Counted from the stretch's first letter, positions 27,917 through 38,774 are shown. The stretch is DNA of 64,000 nucleotides from Candidatus Woesearchaeota archaeon (GCA_016203115.1 JACQNJ010000019.1:724-64723); one strand, 5' to 3'. Made by a program: numbers and translations. Notes: generated by a model not told the origin, from the letters alone.

Positions 27917-29374
27917 ATGCCAAAAAAATCCAAAGAAGGAATAACTTTTAAAAAAGAAGAAAATTTCTCAGAATGGTACTCAGAAGTTGTTCAAAAAGCT
28001 GAATTGGCTGATTTAAGATATGATGTCAAAGGATTTCTTGTTTTTCAGCCATGGGCAGTCCTGTCAATGGAAAAGATGTTTTATTATCTCGAAAAAGTTC
28101 TTCAAGAAAAAGGGCATAATCCTTACTGGTTTCCAACTTTAATACCTGAAAAAAATCTAAAGAAAGAATCTTCTCACATAGGGGGATTTACACCAGAAGT
28201 TTTTTGGGTTACTTCTCACGGAAAGGATGAACCAATAGAGGAAAAACTTGCTCTTCGCCCAACATCAGAGACAGGATTTTACCATATGTTCTCATATTGG
28301 ATAAGAAGTTACAAAGATTTACCTTTCAAGACATATCAAAGAGCTAATGTTTTCCGTTATGAAACAAAAGCAACGCGTCCATTTTTGAGAAGCAGGGAGT
28401 TTCAATGGATTGAAGCACATTGTGCTCATGAATCAGAAGAAAAAGCAATGCTTCAGGTAAGAGAAGATATGAAAACGACAAAAGAAGTTCTCCACGATAT
28501 TTTCGGACTTCCATTTATATTTTTCGAGCGTCCTTCCTGGGACAAATTTCCAGGAGCATTAAGAACTTTTGCAGCAGACGTTTTAAACCCTGATGGAAAA
28601 GTTGTCCAGCAGCCATCAACACACCTATTGAAACAAGAATTTGCAAAAGCATTTGACGTAAAATTCAAGGACAAGGATGGAACTGACAAATATGCGTTCA
28701 TAACCTGCTATGGTCCTGCTGTTTCAAGAATATTCGCCTCTGTAGTAATTGTTCATGGAGATGATAAAGGGCTTAAATTCCCATGGGAAATTGCGCCTGT
28801 TCAGGTAGTTATTGTTCCAATAGATACAGAAAATGAAAAAATAAAGAAAACAGCAAAGAATCTAAAAGAGCAAATTGAGAAATTCGCTTCTATAAAAATC
28901 GATGATTCTGAAAAACGTCCAGGAGAAAAATTCAATTACTGGGAAATGAAAGGAGTCCCAATAAGAATAGATATTGGAGAAAAAGATTTGAAAAATAAAA
29001 AGTTAACTTTGTTCAGGAGAGACCTGGATAAGAAAATTGTGGTTAACGAAAGCAAAGTTTTGAATGAAATAAAAAAAATAGCAGAAGAAACAACAGAAAA
29101 CCTAAGAAAAAAAGCAGACAAATTATTCAATAATAGAATAAGAGATGCCAAGAACATCTCTGAAATTAAAAAGGTTATTAATGATGGTGGAATTGCAAGA
29201 ATTTCTTTTTGTTCTGTGGAAAAACAAGGAGAAAAATGTGCAGAAGCTATTGAGAAACAAGCTAATGCACAAGTTCGGGGAACTAGGTTTGAAGAGAAGT
29301 CAGAAGTTTCAGAAAAATGCATTGTTTGTGGAACAAAAGCAAATCATGTTGTTTACATTGCAAGAGCATATTAA
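27917..29374 (+). CDS. proS: prolyl-tRNA synthetase (archaeal type)
   Basis: Class II aaRS motifs, archaeal/eukaryal ProRS architecture, C-terminal Y. Confidence 0.9.
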   Translation: MPKKSKEGITFKKEENFSEWYSEVVQKAELADLRYDVKGFLVFQPWAVLSMEKMFYYLEKVLQEKGHNPYWFPTLIPEKNLKKESSHIGGFTPEVFWVTSHGKDEPIEEKLALRPTSETGFYHMFSYWIRSYKDLPFKTYQRANVFRYETKATRPFLRSREFQWIEAHCAHESEEKAMLQVREDMKTTKEVLHDIFGLPFIFFERPSWDKFPGALRTFAADVLNPDGKVVQQPSTHLLKQEFAKAFDVKFKDKDGTDKYAFITCYGPAVSRIFASVVIVHGDDKGLKFPWEIAPVQVVIVPIDTENEKIKKTAKNLKEQIEKFASIKIDDSEKRPGEKFNYWEMKGVPIRIDIGEKDLKNKKLTLFRRDLDKKIVVNESKVLNEIKKIAEETTENLRKKADKLFNNRIRDAKNISEIKKVINDGGIARISFCSVEKQGEKCAEAIEKQANAQVRGTRFEEKSEVSEKCIVCGTKANHVVYIARAY

Positions 29375-31290
29375 AATCTTAATATTTTACTAATCCAAGC
29401 ATACCACGGGGTATTAATAATAGTAATAGACAACTCTTCCCTAACAATATAATCTTTTCCATTTAGGTCTTTATAATTAACTTCAATAACCTCTTCATTA
29501 AAGTAAAAGAAATCCCCGTTGAATGGAATAACAAAATCACTTTTAAACTTTAAACTGTCCTGGGAAAAAACTTCTTTGCTTCCGATTTTTGCACGAACAG
29601 ATTTAAGTTCAGCATTTGGATTTAAACTAAATTTAAGTTCAGCATTTTCTTTATACTTGATAGTTGAGGGGTATTCCAGATCAATTATCTTGAGCTCAGA
29701 GCCTTTTAAGACATGCAAATCAAAATAGCTCCTCTTCAACAAGTTCTCGCCTCTTAAAGTGACAGTTCCTTCTTTCATCTCTTCATTTAAGGCAAATGTA
29801 AAATCAATAGATTTCTCTTCAGAAGGCAAAATCCCCAGTATCTTGCAGTCATTCTCAAAGCAGATTTCCAAATCCTTAAAAGAAGTTTTATCATTATTTT
29901 CAACAGTGCAATGAATCAAACCCTGCTCTTCATAAGTATAAAATATCTCCCTAGAAGGATTGCAAATTAGCTCAAAATCATTAACTTCTTTTTCATCTTT
30001 CAATTGCTCTACCTTAGACTGCGCTTCCTCGTTTGTATAAATATTATAATTCTCTGCATATTCTAGTTTAATTGATTGCATATGTCCATAAGAATCCTTT
30101 ACTTCCAATTCGGATTCATAAGTAAATCCCTCCTTAAGGTCAGAAGGAATATCTATAAGGAGTATAGCAGACTCGCTGCTTCCCGGCCTTAACAAGAGTT
30201 CAATGCTATTCTTCTTTATTTCAGTAGGGCCTTTAGTTAAGTATACAGTTACAGGCAAATAAAAGTTTTCATTATTCTTGACAGTAATCTTAAGAGGGAC
30301 TTTGCTTCCAGACCCAACATTATTTTTCAGTAGCTCTAAATTAATTTCATTATCATAAGCAACAAGATTTCCTTTGCTAACAACCTCAACTTTGATATCC
30401 ATCTCCTGAGGGTTTAGATTTATGTTTCTCGATCTCCAGGCATAATTAACACTAGAATTCTTAATATCTGCACTCTCCTTCATCTTGATGTGTGTAGAGT
30501 CAACATAGCCTAGTTGCCCATATGTAGGATCAAATGCAACCCATCCGACAGTAGGAAAGTAAACCTCAGCCCAGGCATGGTTTCCAAAACCATTAATAAC
30601 ATTAGTATAGCTAGATCCAGTAACAAACTTTGCTGGTATTCCCTGGGATCTCAGCATGGCAACAAAAAGAGTGGTAAGCTCATCGCATACTCCCCTCTTA
30701 TTTTCCAAAACCCAAACAGAACTCTGTGAAGCTTCTGCAGTTAAAGTCTCAAGATCATATTCAATATTCTCTTTAGTCCATGAGGCTATTTTGTAAACAA
30801 CAACAAAGAGATCATCTTCTCCATTAGTCAATTCTTCTGCCTTTTCAATAATTCTAGGATCCTCAGAGTTAACCAGAGAAGTTGAGGTTAAATATTGCTT
30901 ATATTCACTTAAATCTTCCTTAATAGGAAAAGGAATCTTTTTTGTAACTTTATTAAAGTTGGTCCTAGTTTCAATTAAAGACTCAACGCCAAAAGTAAGC
31001 TCTGGACTGTAATATTTCCAAGTATAAAGAATAGTCTCTCCCTTGTTGATTTCAGCATTAGGAGTAGAAAAAATATTATCATTTTTAACTTCTTGAAATT
31101 CATAATTTTTAGGAAAAAAACTAAGCTCGCTGGAGATATACTCTAAACTGTAGGTATTAGACTCCTTGACAACTTCCAATTCACCTTGAACTCTTGCTTG
31201 TAACTTCACAAAGTCATAATCATTCAATTCTTCAGCATAAACACTAGTTAAAAACACAAAAAAAATAAAAAATATGATAAAAAGTTTCAT
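29371..31290 (-). CDS. secreted transglutaminase-like domain protein
   Basis: Signal peptide. GVCDELTTLF...GNHAWAEVY...FDPT Cys-His-Asp core. Confidence 0.7.
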   Translation of the reverse strand: MKLFIIFFIFFVFLTSVYAEELNDYDFVKLQARVQGELEVVKESNTYSLEYISSELSFFPKNYEFQEVKNDNIFSTPNAEINKGETILYTWKYYSPELTFGVESLIETRTNFNKVTKKIPFPIKEDLSEYKQYLTSTSLVNSEDPRIIEKAEELTNGEDDLFVVVYKIASWTKENIEYDLETLTAEASQSSVWVLENKRGVCDELTTLFVAMLRSQGIPAKFVTGSSYTNVINGFGNHAWAEVYFPTVGWVAFDPTYGQLGYVDSTHIKMKESADIKNSSVNYAWRSRNINLNPQEMDIKVEVVSKGNLVAYDNEINLELLKNNVGSGSKVPLKITVKNNENFYLPVTVYLTKGPTEIKKNSIELLLRPGSSESAILLIDIPSDLKEGFTYESELEVKDSYGHMQSIKLEYAENYNIYTNEEAQSKVEQLKDEKEVNDFELICNPSREIFYTYEEQGLIHCTVENNDKTSFKDLEICFENDCKILGILPSEEKSIDFTFALNEEMKEGTVTLRGENLLKRSYFDLHVLKGSELKIIDLEYPSTIKYKENAELKFSLNPNAELKSVRAKIGSKEVFSQDSLKFKSDFVIPFNGDFFYFNEEVIEVNYKDLNGKDYIVREELSITIINTPWYAWISKILRF

Positions 31291-32318
31291 CTTATGCTTT
31301 TTTGGATTCTATTCTTGAACTTAATAAAATCTTGTTTTTTGACATGAAATCCGCAGGCAAAGGTGTGTCCTCCTCCCTGTCCCTCTAGCCCCTCCAAAGA
31401 CTTAGACAAAATAGAGGGTAATTCTATACCTGAACTCTCTGATGATCTCAGGCTCCCTTTCACTTCCTCATTTTGCTCTCTTCCAACAAGAATAACCTTA
31501 TCTGGATATCTATAGATTAGCTCATTGGAAAGCTCACTTGAAAAGCTGTATTTCTTATGACTGTAGGTGAAGACTACAAGTTTATCTTCTCTGCTTTCAA
31601 GGATTGCTTTTTCTAAAAAAGTCTTATACACTTTATTTACTTTATCAAATTTTTCATAAAGCATTTTTCCAGCTTCACTTTTCTGGGAGAGGATCTCGTA
31701 AGGTGTCCTAATATTTAATAGCAAACTAATATATTCATAAACATCACCAGCTCTCCCTTTCAGAATAAAAGAAAAAACCTTTACAATCTTACCAAAATCA
31801 GTATCAAACATGACTTCAGGTGGATTTTTAATAATTTTTGAAGGTACAAGATCTTTATACTTTTTCTTGAATTGAGTGTAACAGGAAAGATGCCAGTCTC
31901 CTACAATTCCCACCATAGCAATCCAAAGATTGTCATTTGTAATCTTATAGCACCAATAAGAAACAGGTCTATTATCTTTATCATCTCTCAGTCTTGGATT
32001 AAAGTAGTCAACCCCTCCATGAAAATTTTCAGGGGAATGATGGTCTATCCAGATAATTGGAACATGAGCTTCTTTGATAAATTCATCAGAAATCATAGGT
32101 TTGTCTAAAACAAGAATCAAATCAGGGCAATATTGTCTCACTTTCAGGATATAGCGCTCATCTAGGACAGGAGAATTTTTCAATATAACCCCTTTAAACT
32201 TTTTATATTTCTTTTCTAACAGCAAGTAGCTGCAAAGGCCGTCAGGATCATCATCAAAAAAAACAAGAGGGTTCTGGCTCTTTTCAATAATTTCCCTTAT
32301 TTCTCTGAGATTAATCAT
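31287..32318 (-). CDS. DHH/DHHA1 phosphoesterase (NrnA/RecJ-like)
   Basis: DDDPDG, DHH (IDHHSP) and GGGH motifs. Confidence 0.75.
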   Translation of the reverse strand: MINLREIREIIEKSQNPLVFFDDDPDGLCSYLLLEKKYKKFKGVILKNSPVLDERYILKVRQYCPDLILVLDKPMISDEFIKEAHVPIIWIDHHSPENFHGGVDYFNPRLRDDKDNRPVSYWCYKITNDNLWIAMVGIVGDWHLSCYTQFKKKYKDLVPSKIIKNPPEVMFDTDFGKIVKVFSFILKGRAGDVYEYISLLLNIRTPYEILSQKSEAGKMLYEKFDKVNKVYKTFLEKAILESREDKLVVFTYSHKKYSFSSELSNELIYRYPDKVILVGREQNEEVKGSLRSSESSGIELPSILSKSLEGLEGQGGGHTFACGFHVKKQDFIKFKNRIQKSIR

Positions 32319-33673
32319 TTTCTATTTCTGTAATAGTCATAAACGGCTTTTATAGATTTTACTGCATTTTCTGGAAATTGGAAACAAGGAATGCTTTTTT
32401 TCTCTAATGATTCCTTCAACTCACCAGTTAAATAGCTTCCTGTACTCACAACAACAATAGGTTTAAGATTTTTATGGTTAAGTTCTCCTATAACATCTAC
32501 AATGCTTTTAGAAAGCCTCGGTGTCTGATAAAGCAAGTTCACAAGCAAAACATCATTATTCTTGTCATGCAAACAAGTCTCAATAGCTAATTTATATCTT
32601 AAATCATCCGCATCTCCTACTAAATCTAAGGGATTTGAAACAGTGGCTATTGAAGGCAAAGAGCCTTTCAATTTTTTCTTGGTTGATTCACTAAGCTCAG
32701 CAAGCTTTAAGCCATTATGGATAATAGCATCACTGCTAATAACCCCATGCCCCCCGCCATTAGTAATAATTTGAACTCTATTTCCTCTTATTTTAATATT
32801 CTTCTCAAATATTCTTAAGAAATCAAAAATATCCTGGATAGACTCAGCAGAAACAACATTGGCTTGATGAAAAACCCCTTGATAAACTTCATAAGCTCCT
32901 GCTAATGATCCTGTATGACTTAGAGTAGAATTGTTACTTTCACTAAACTTCCCTCCCTTAATGGCTAAAACAGGCTTTCTCATTCTTTTGAGTGTTTCAA
33001 GAAATTTCTTGCCATTTTTTACTCCTTCAATATACATAACAATAAGGTCTGTAGTCTTATCCTTGTCCAAATAATCTAAGATATCAGATTCGTCTACATC
33101 TAAAGAATTTCCATAGCTCACAAATTTTGATAGGCCATAGCCCTCTGCACTAATTAAATCTAAAACAGAAGATCCAAATGCTCCAGATTGGGTTACAAAA
33201 GAAATGTTTCCCTTCCTTGGTCTTTGCAGCCTTGATAAAGGAATAAACAAAGTGTCTACAGCATGGTAATTATCAATAATCCCAAGGCAGTTTGGTCCTA
33301 CAAATTTCATCCCGTATTTACTCAGTAATTCAACAAGCTCTTGATCTAATTTTACATTTCCCGATTCCTTAAATCCAGCAGTAACCATCAAGATATTTTT
33401 GATTCTCTTCTGAGCACATTCCTTAATAACACTTAGTACAGCCTTGCTAGGAACTGCTATAACAGCAAGGTCTATTTTCTCTTTTATATCATTAACAGAA
33501 TGATAAGACTTATACCCTAAAACAAAATCTTCATTTGGATTAACAGCAAAAACTTCACCTTTAAATCCTGAATCTACCAAATTCTTGAAAATAACAGAAC
33601 CAATTTTCTCAGGAGTCTTAGAAACACCTAAAACAGCTACAGACTTAGGTTCAAAAAAATTTCTTAGATCCAT
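32315..33673 (-). CDS. acetyl-CoA synthetase (ADP-forming), alpha subunit
   Basis: CoA-binding N-terminus, SHTGSLAG phosphohistidine loop, succinyl-CoA-synthetase-like flavodoxin domain. Confidence 0.8.
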   Translation of the reverse strand: MDLRNFFEPKSVAVLGVSKTPEKIGSVIFKNLVDSGFKGEVFAVNPNEDFVLGYKSYHSVNDIKEKIDLAVIAVPSKAVLSVIKECAQKRIKNILMVTAGFKESGNVKLDQELVELLSKYGMKFVGPNCLGIIDNYHAVDTLFIPLSRLQRPRKGNISFVTQSGAFGSSVLDLISAEGYGLSKFVSYGNSLDVDESDILDYLDKDKTTDLIVMYIEGVKNGKKFLETLKRMRKPVLAIKGGKFSESNNSTLSHTGSLAGAYEVYQGVFHQANVVSAESIQDIFDFLRIFEKNIKIRGNRVQIITNGGGHGVISSDAIIHNGLKLAELSESTKKKLKGSLPSIATVSNPLDLVGDADDLRYKLAIETCLHDKNNDVLLVNLLYQTPRLSKSIVDVIGELNHKNLKPIVVVSTGSYLTGELKESLEKKSIPCFQFPENAVKSIKAVYDYYRNRK

Positions 33674-33719
33674 TAAAATTAAAAGAATTTTTAAATATAT
33701 AAAAATATGTATATAATAT

Positions 33720-34358
33720 ATGAAAATCTATACAGAATATAAATCAGAGTTATTTATAAAAAAGTTTGGTGTAAAAGTTACAAAATCTTACCTGACAAAA
33801 GGTATTAAAGAAGCCTTGGCTCTTTCTAGAAAAGTGAATTTTCCTCTAGTAGTAAAAATTATCTCTCAAGATATCTTGCACAAAACAGATGCAGGTGGGG
33901 TGATAAAATGTAGCAATAAAGAAGACCTCATACAAGCTTATTATAAAATCTTGAGCATTATAAAAGAAAAAAAAGCCTCCCTAGAAGGAATATTAATACA
34001 AGAATATATTACAGGAAATGAAATAATAATAGGTATAAAAAAAGACCCTACTTTTGGGCACATAATCCTATTTGGCTTAGGGGGGGTTTACACAGAAGTC
34101 CTTAAAGATGTTTCATTAAGAGTATGTCCAATCAACAAAAAAGAAGCTTTAAGGATGATCAATGAAATAAAAAATATTAAGATTCTTGAAGGATATAGAA
34201 AACAAAAGCCAGTTGATAAAAATGTTTTAAGTGCCCTTTTAATGAAAATTTCTCAAATTCCATTAAAAAATAAAGGCATTGCAGAGCTTGATATCAATCC
34301 TTTAATAGCGAATGGAAAATCAATTATAGCTGTAGATGCAAGGATGATAATAAACTGA
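33720..34358 (+). CDS. acetyl-CoA synthetase (ADP-forming), beta (ATP-grasp) subunit
   Basis: ATP-grasp fold. Divergent partner of the alpha subunit. Confidence 0.7.
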   Translation: MKIYTEYKSELFIKKFGVKVTKSYLTKGIKEALALSRKVNFPLVVKIISQDILHKTDAGGVIKCSNKEDLIQAYYKILSIIKEKKASLEGILIQEYITGNEIIIGIKKDPTFGHIILFGLGGVYTEVLKDVSLRVCPINKKEALRMINEIKNIKILEGYRKQKPVDKNVLSALLMKISQIPLKNKGIAELDINPLIANGKSIIAVDARMIIN

Positions 34359-34413
34359 AAAGATTAAATCTAAATATTTTTTAATAATCTGTAAAAAATT
34401 TCAAAAGGTAATA

Positions 34414-34983
34414 TTAACTCTTTCCTCTATTCCTATGAGCTCTCAAGCTAGGTCTTACTTTTTCATATCCCTTACCCTTACCAGCAAGTCCTCTGCTTTT
34501 TCTTCCTGCAGAAGTCAATCCTCTATAAACCCTGCCAGAAGTATTTTTCAGCCACTTCATATCTTTGTACTTACTTACTAACTCTCTATCCACTAAAATA
34601 ACTTCATAGAATTTATGAGTCCCATCTACTCCAATTTGATAAGAATTCAAGATTTCACAATTAGGATATTTTTTCTGAGCTCTTTCCTCGGCAATCCACT
34701 GGTAGCTTTTCCCAACAATCTTCTTTCTTCTCATATGCTTGCTTCTTCTGCCTTTTCTTATTTTTGGTCTTTGCCTATTGCTTTTGCCAAGTCTTACTCT
34801 AGCTAAAACATATCCTTGTTTTGCTTTATAACCCAAACTCCTTGCCCTGTCAATTCTTGTAGGTCTTTCTATTCTCACAACAGAATTGCCTTCCCTCCAT
34901 GTAACTAGTCTCTCCTGCACAAGAGTTCCTAAAGATTCTTTAGGCTTCTTCCATAATTGTTTAACTTGGCTGTAAAGGCTCAT
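34414..34983 (-). CDS. rpl15e: 50S ribosomal protein L15e
   Basis: Full-length similarity to L15e (...RLGYKAKQGYV..RVR..). Confidence 0.9.
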   Translation of the reverse strand: MSLYSQVKQLWKKPKESLGTLVQERLVTWREGNSVVRIERPTRIDRARSLGYKAKQGYVLARVRLGKSNRQRPKIRKGRRSKHMRRKKIVGKSYQWIAEERAQKKYPNCEILNSYQIGVDGTHKFYEVILVDRELVSKYKDMKWLKNTSGRVYRGLTSAGRKSRGLAGKGKGYEKVRPSLRAHRNRGKS

Positions 34984-35021
34984 AGTTATTACTCTAAAAA
35001 ATAGGTTTTAAAAGCTTTCCC

Positions 35022-36179
35022 CTATCTCGTTTTAAAAGCCAGATAAGCTAAACTGCCTATACTAGCTACAAAAAACCCAGCTATAAGAGTCTCAGTAAAA
35101 AGAACAGACAAAAGAACAATAATTTTGCCCAAGCTAAATCCGATTTCTCTAAAGATAACATATTCAGCTTTATTTCTCTTGTTCATCTTGTCATAAAACA
35201 TAGAGCTAAAAGGTATATCAGCTAAAACAAAAGATAATCCAGAAAATAATTCAACAATAAAAATTTGGTAAAAACTAGAAGCAACCCAGCGAACAGCCCA
35301 TACTAAAGAATGAACAAGAGCCCCTATTCTCAAAAGATTTTTTCTTTTTTTAGTATCAGCAAGTTTCCCAATATAAAAGGAAAACAAAGCAATGATAAGA
35401 GAGCTGGCAGTTATAAGAACTCCAATGCCAATATAGCCTTTCAATATAGTATAAATAAACAAAGGCCAGAATAGAGTCACAGTCATAATTCTAGTTCCCA
35501 GTCCAGCAAAAATCAAAGTATCTTTAAAATAGGTTTTATGGAATACCCTCTTAAATGAAAATTTTGTTTTTTCATGATTATCAGGCGTCATTAATAAAGG
35601 AATTGCACTGACAAACAAAAGAACACTAAATATGTAAAACAGGACAGTAAAACCAAGGTAAGTAAGTATCAAACCCCCAACAAAAGGTCCGATAATTCCG
35701 GATAATATTAAAAGAGAATACAGTGATCCTAACTCTCTCCCTCTCCTTTCTTTATTGCTAAATTTGGCAAATTCAATATTAAACCCCGTCCAAAAAAGAG
35801 TACCAGAAAGTGCATAAACAATAGCAGGATAAACATAGTTAATATCATTATTTTTTAATAAAACCAGCAATCCTAAAAAAAGGATATCAAAGGGGACACT
35901 AGCAACAATCATATGCTTCAACCCGAATCGAGAGGACAGTTTAGCAACAAAAGGAGTAAAAGCTGCAAAAAGCACAGACCATATCAAGAAAAAATAAATA
36001 ATCTTGTCAATGCTAAATTCCAGCTCCTTATACATATATATTGGTATAAAAACTCCAACCAAAGACAAAGCCAAAGATTTCAGAATAACCGCAAAATACA
36101 GCTCAGAAAGTTCATCTCTGGACAAAGACCGGATAAAATTCAATGATTGATACTGCATAAATATGAACAGAAAACGCAA
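35022..36179 (-). CDS. MFS transporter
   Basis: Twelve predicted TM segments. Length 385 aa. Confidence 0.7.
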   Translation of the reverse strand: MRFLFIFMQYQSLNFIRSLSRDELSELYFAVILKSLALSLVGVFIPIYMYKELEFSIDKIIYFFLIWSVLFAAFTPFVAKLSSRFGLKHMIVASVPFDILFLGLLVLLKNNDINYVYPAIVYALSGTLFWTGFNIEFAKFSNKERRGRELGSLYSLLILSGIIGPFVGGLILTYLGFTVLFYIFSVLLFVSAIPLLMTPDNHEKTKFSFKRVFHKTYFKDTLIFAGLGTRIMTVTLFWPLFIYTILKGYIGIGVLITASSLIIALFSFYIGKLADTKKRKNLLRIGALVHSLVWAVRWVASSFYQIFIVELFSGLSFVLADIPFSSMFYDKMNKRNKAEYVIFREIGFSLGKIIVLLSVLFTETLIAGFFVASIGSLAYLAFKTR

Positions 36180-36260
36180 TATAAAAAGGTTACCTGCATC
36201 ACAATAAAGTATTTAAATAGAGAGTAGCTACTAAAAAATTAAGAAATAGGGGGTATAGGA

Positions 36261-36452
36261 ATGAATGCAACAAAAGGGTTATTTAAGCTTGTAATAGGGA
36301 TAATTTTAGTGGTTGCTGCATTATGGGTATCAACAACATATATTGGATGGGGCAAGGCAGCATTAGATCTGCTCCAAGGCTCAATAATCTTATTTGTAAT
36401 TTTAGTGGGTTTTATTGTGTTCATAATAGGATTAACAGATCTAAAAGCCTAA
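36261..36452 (+). CDS. small two-TM membrane protein (63 aa)
   Basis: SD AATAGGGGG upstream. Hydrophobic. Confidence 0.4.
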   Translation: MNATKGLFKLVIGIILVVAALWVSTTYIGWGKAALDLLQGSIILFVILVGFIVFIIGLTDLKA

Positions 36453-37181
36453 TCTTTTAACTTTCTTTTTTATTTTCTTAAGAATGCTACCTTTAGAATG
36501 CTCTTTTTTAATTTTTGGTTTAATCTTGGACTTTTTAACAATTTTCTCAGGTTGAGGAGTTTTTTTCTTTATTTTTTTCTTTGGTTTCTTCTTGGCAATT
36601 TTCTTTTTTTTCGCAGCCTTCTTCTTGGCTTTATTAGGTTTTGCCTCTTCCTCTATAACTTCAATCTTAAAATTTTCTATTTCAGTAATATCCTTCTCTA
36701 TCAAACCAATTTCTTCTTTAATTTCTGCAATAGATTTCTCCTTATTCTCCTCAATTAATAATTTACCGCAATCAACGCATTTAAAATCATGTTCCATTGC
36801 TTCCTCAAGCTTAGCTCTCACATGGTTATCTGGGCATTTAAAAAAATTCTTAGTTTCCTGCTCTGTTAAAATATGTTTTAATTCTTTCAGTCGCTCATTT
36901 TTCCTTTTAAGCAGTAGTTCTTTAGCATAATTCATGTTAAAAGTCCAGTAATAGATATACCACCCCTTCTCTTTGTCCTTTTTCCTTACAGAATAAACAA
37001 GATTATGGGCATGTAAAGAATAAAGAATATTTCTGACAGTATTTATGTTTAATCTCAAATCTTCTGCAAGTTTAAACTCACTAACATTCTTTTGGTTATG
37101 CAATCCTCTAAAAACCTTAATTGAGTCTTCTGTAGAAACATTCCTAAGAAACTCCTCAAGAATAGCATGCAGATTTCTCAT
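36441..37181 (-). CDS. tfe: transcription factor E (TFE alpha) with a Lys-rich C-terminal extension
   Basis: N-terminal winged helix, CPDNH...CVDCG zinc ribbon, then a roughly 60-aa KKK-rich tail. Confidence 0.75.
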   Translation of the reverse strand: MRNLHAILEEFLRNVSTEDSIKVFRGLHNQKNVSEFKLAEDLRLNINTVRNILYSLHAHNLVYSVRKKDKEKGWYIYYWTFNMNYAKELLLKRKNERLKELKHILTEQETKNFFKCPDNHVRAKLEEAMEHDFKCVDCGKLLIEENKEKSIAEIKEEIGLIEKDITEIENFKIEVIEEEAKPNKAKKKAAKKKKIAKKKPKKKIKKKTPQPEKIVKKSKIKPKIKKEHSKGSILKKIKKKVKRLGF

Positions 37182-37320
37182 AATAAGATTTTACTGTGAG
37201 AAAGTGTTTAAAAACTTTTTTATAATAGGAAATATTCACTATTAAGAAATGATGAGAAAAGTTTTAATAAATAGTTCCTCAAATTTTTAGATATAATCAT
37301 GAAAAGAGGTGTATATCAAG

Positions 37321-37779
37321 ATGGGATTATTCTCAAATAAGAAAGAAAGACCAGAAATGCCCAAGCCAGAAATGTATAGTTTCGATGCTCCAAAAATTCC
37401 AAATTTGGAGAGGCTGCAGTTTCCAGAGCCAAATTTCCCAGAATCAAAAATGAGCATGCCAAGAAAAATGGTTTTACCTGATGAACTTAGCTCCATAAAA
37501 AGGTCAGTTGCAATATCTCCAGCTCCTCCAAGCATTGCATCTTCTTCTGATGAACGTTATGTTTCAAAAAAAGGTCTTTTTATTAAAATAGAAAAATACA
37601 AAGAAGCTCTAGAGAGCATTGAGCAAATAAAAACAAGGATTAATGAAATTGAGAATGCCCTGATGAATCTGGAAAAAATGAGAAGGCAGGAAGACCTAGA
37701 AATAGAGAAGTGGAGGCGCGATTTAAACAGTATTAAGCAAAAACTATTAGGGATAGACAACACATTGTTTAGAGAATGA
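37321..37779 (+). CDS. hypothetical coiled-coil protein
   Basis: ATG at 37321 with SD GAAAAGAGGTG about 8 nt upstream. The ORF track's GTG at 37309 is less likely. Confidence 0.5.
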   Translation: MGLFSNKKERPEMPKPEMYSFDAPKIPNLERLQFPEPNFPESKMSMPRKMVLPDELSSIKRSVAISPAPPSIASSSDERYVSKKGLFIKIEKYKEALESIEQIKTRINEIENALMNLEKMRRQEDLEIEKWRRDLNSIKQKLLGIDNTLFRE

Positions 37780-38201
37780 AAAAAAAGATTAGAAGAAAAG
37801 TAGTGCACAGAGAGCCAGAGCAGATCTATTTTGAAATCTATGAACCAAGAGAGTTGAGAAGAAAAATCCTTTCAAGTGCTATAGAGATTGTAGACACATT
37901 AAAAAACTACGAGCTCTCAAAAGATACAAGGTCAGCTAAAGAAAAACAGTTACGCCATGCAAAAAGTGTCTTTTCACATATGAAAAGCAGTTTTAGAAGC
38001 CTAAAGAGTTCTCTGCCACCAGTCCCAAAATATGCACTGCCAAAACCAGAAAAAAAACATTTCTTATTTAAAGAAGTAAAAGTAGAAGTTAAAAAAACAA
38101 AAGAGTTTCCCCCTCAAAATATGCTTCCGCAAGAATCTTCAGCAGTAAAAAGGCTGGAAAATGAATTGTCCCAGATAAGGAACAAATTAGAAAGTATTTA
38201 G
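37776..38201 (+). CDS. hypothetical basic protein
   Basis: ATGA overlap with the upstream gene. Confidence 0.5.
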   Translation: MKKKIRRKVVHREPEQIYFEIYEPRELRRKILSSAIEIVDTLKNYELSKDTRSAKEKQLRHAKSVFSHMKSSFRSLKSSLPPVPKYALPKPEKKHFLFKEVKVEVKKTKEFPPQNMLPQESSAVKRLENELSQIRNKLESI

Positions 38202-38240
38202 CACAGAAAGCCTTATAATTTTTTTTCTCTTTACAGATTT

Positions 38241-38774
38241 ATGAAAAAAGTCCTGATACTAATAATCCTTATTTCCTTAATCAGCCCAGTTGTTCTTGCC
38301 GGAGAAATCCACCGTTTGGATCTCAACAAAAATCCAGTAGAAGTAAGAGAAATAAGAGAAGGAGATTTAGTTGAGATTAGCATTGGAAACAAAACGCAAA
38401 AAATAATTCTAAAGAAAGTTTTATTTCCTAAGAACATAATCAACTTGGCATTATTCATAGAGGGGTCAGATACACCCTCATACATATCAATGAGTTATAA
38501 CCAGCAGATGAGGCTTGACTTTTATAATGATAAAGTAGATGATATGATTTTGGTTCTCGAGTCCCTTTCACCAGAGCAGGCGAGAATAATCTTCAGGTCA
38601 ATGGATGAGAAGGGAAACCCTGTAATAACTAATCAAGAAATAGGAGGACTATCAAAAATAACAGGAGAAGAAGTAAAAGGAAATAATGCTCCAAATTTAA
38701 AAACAGGGATTATTATCATTGCGAGCATCATTATAGTAGGATTAATAATCTCATTTATCTTCTTAAAAAAGTGA
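38241..38774 (+). CDS. secreted protein with a C-terminal TM anchor
   Basis: Signal peptide and a C-terminal hydrophobic helix followed by KK. Confidence 0.55.
   Translation: MKKVLILIILISLISPVVLAGEIHRLDLNKNPVEVREIREGDLVEISIGNKTQKIILKKVLFPKNIINLALFIEGSDTPSYISMSYNQQMRLDFYNDKVDDMILVLESLSPEQARIIFRSMDEKGNPVITNQEIGGLSKITGEEVKGNNAPNLKTGIIIIASIIIVGLIISFIFLKK

Noticed and set aside
37298-37313. 16-nt sequence CATGAAAAGAGGTGTA identical at 37298 and 44863
   Set aside because: Both copies coincide with SD or start-codon contexts (AAAGAGGTG). The match is probably a chance or RBS-driven similarity, not a mobile-element end or regulatory repeat.
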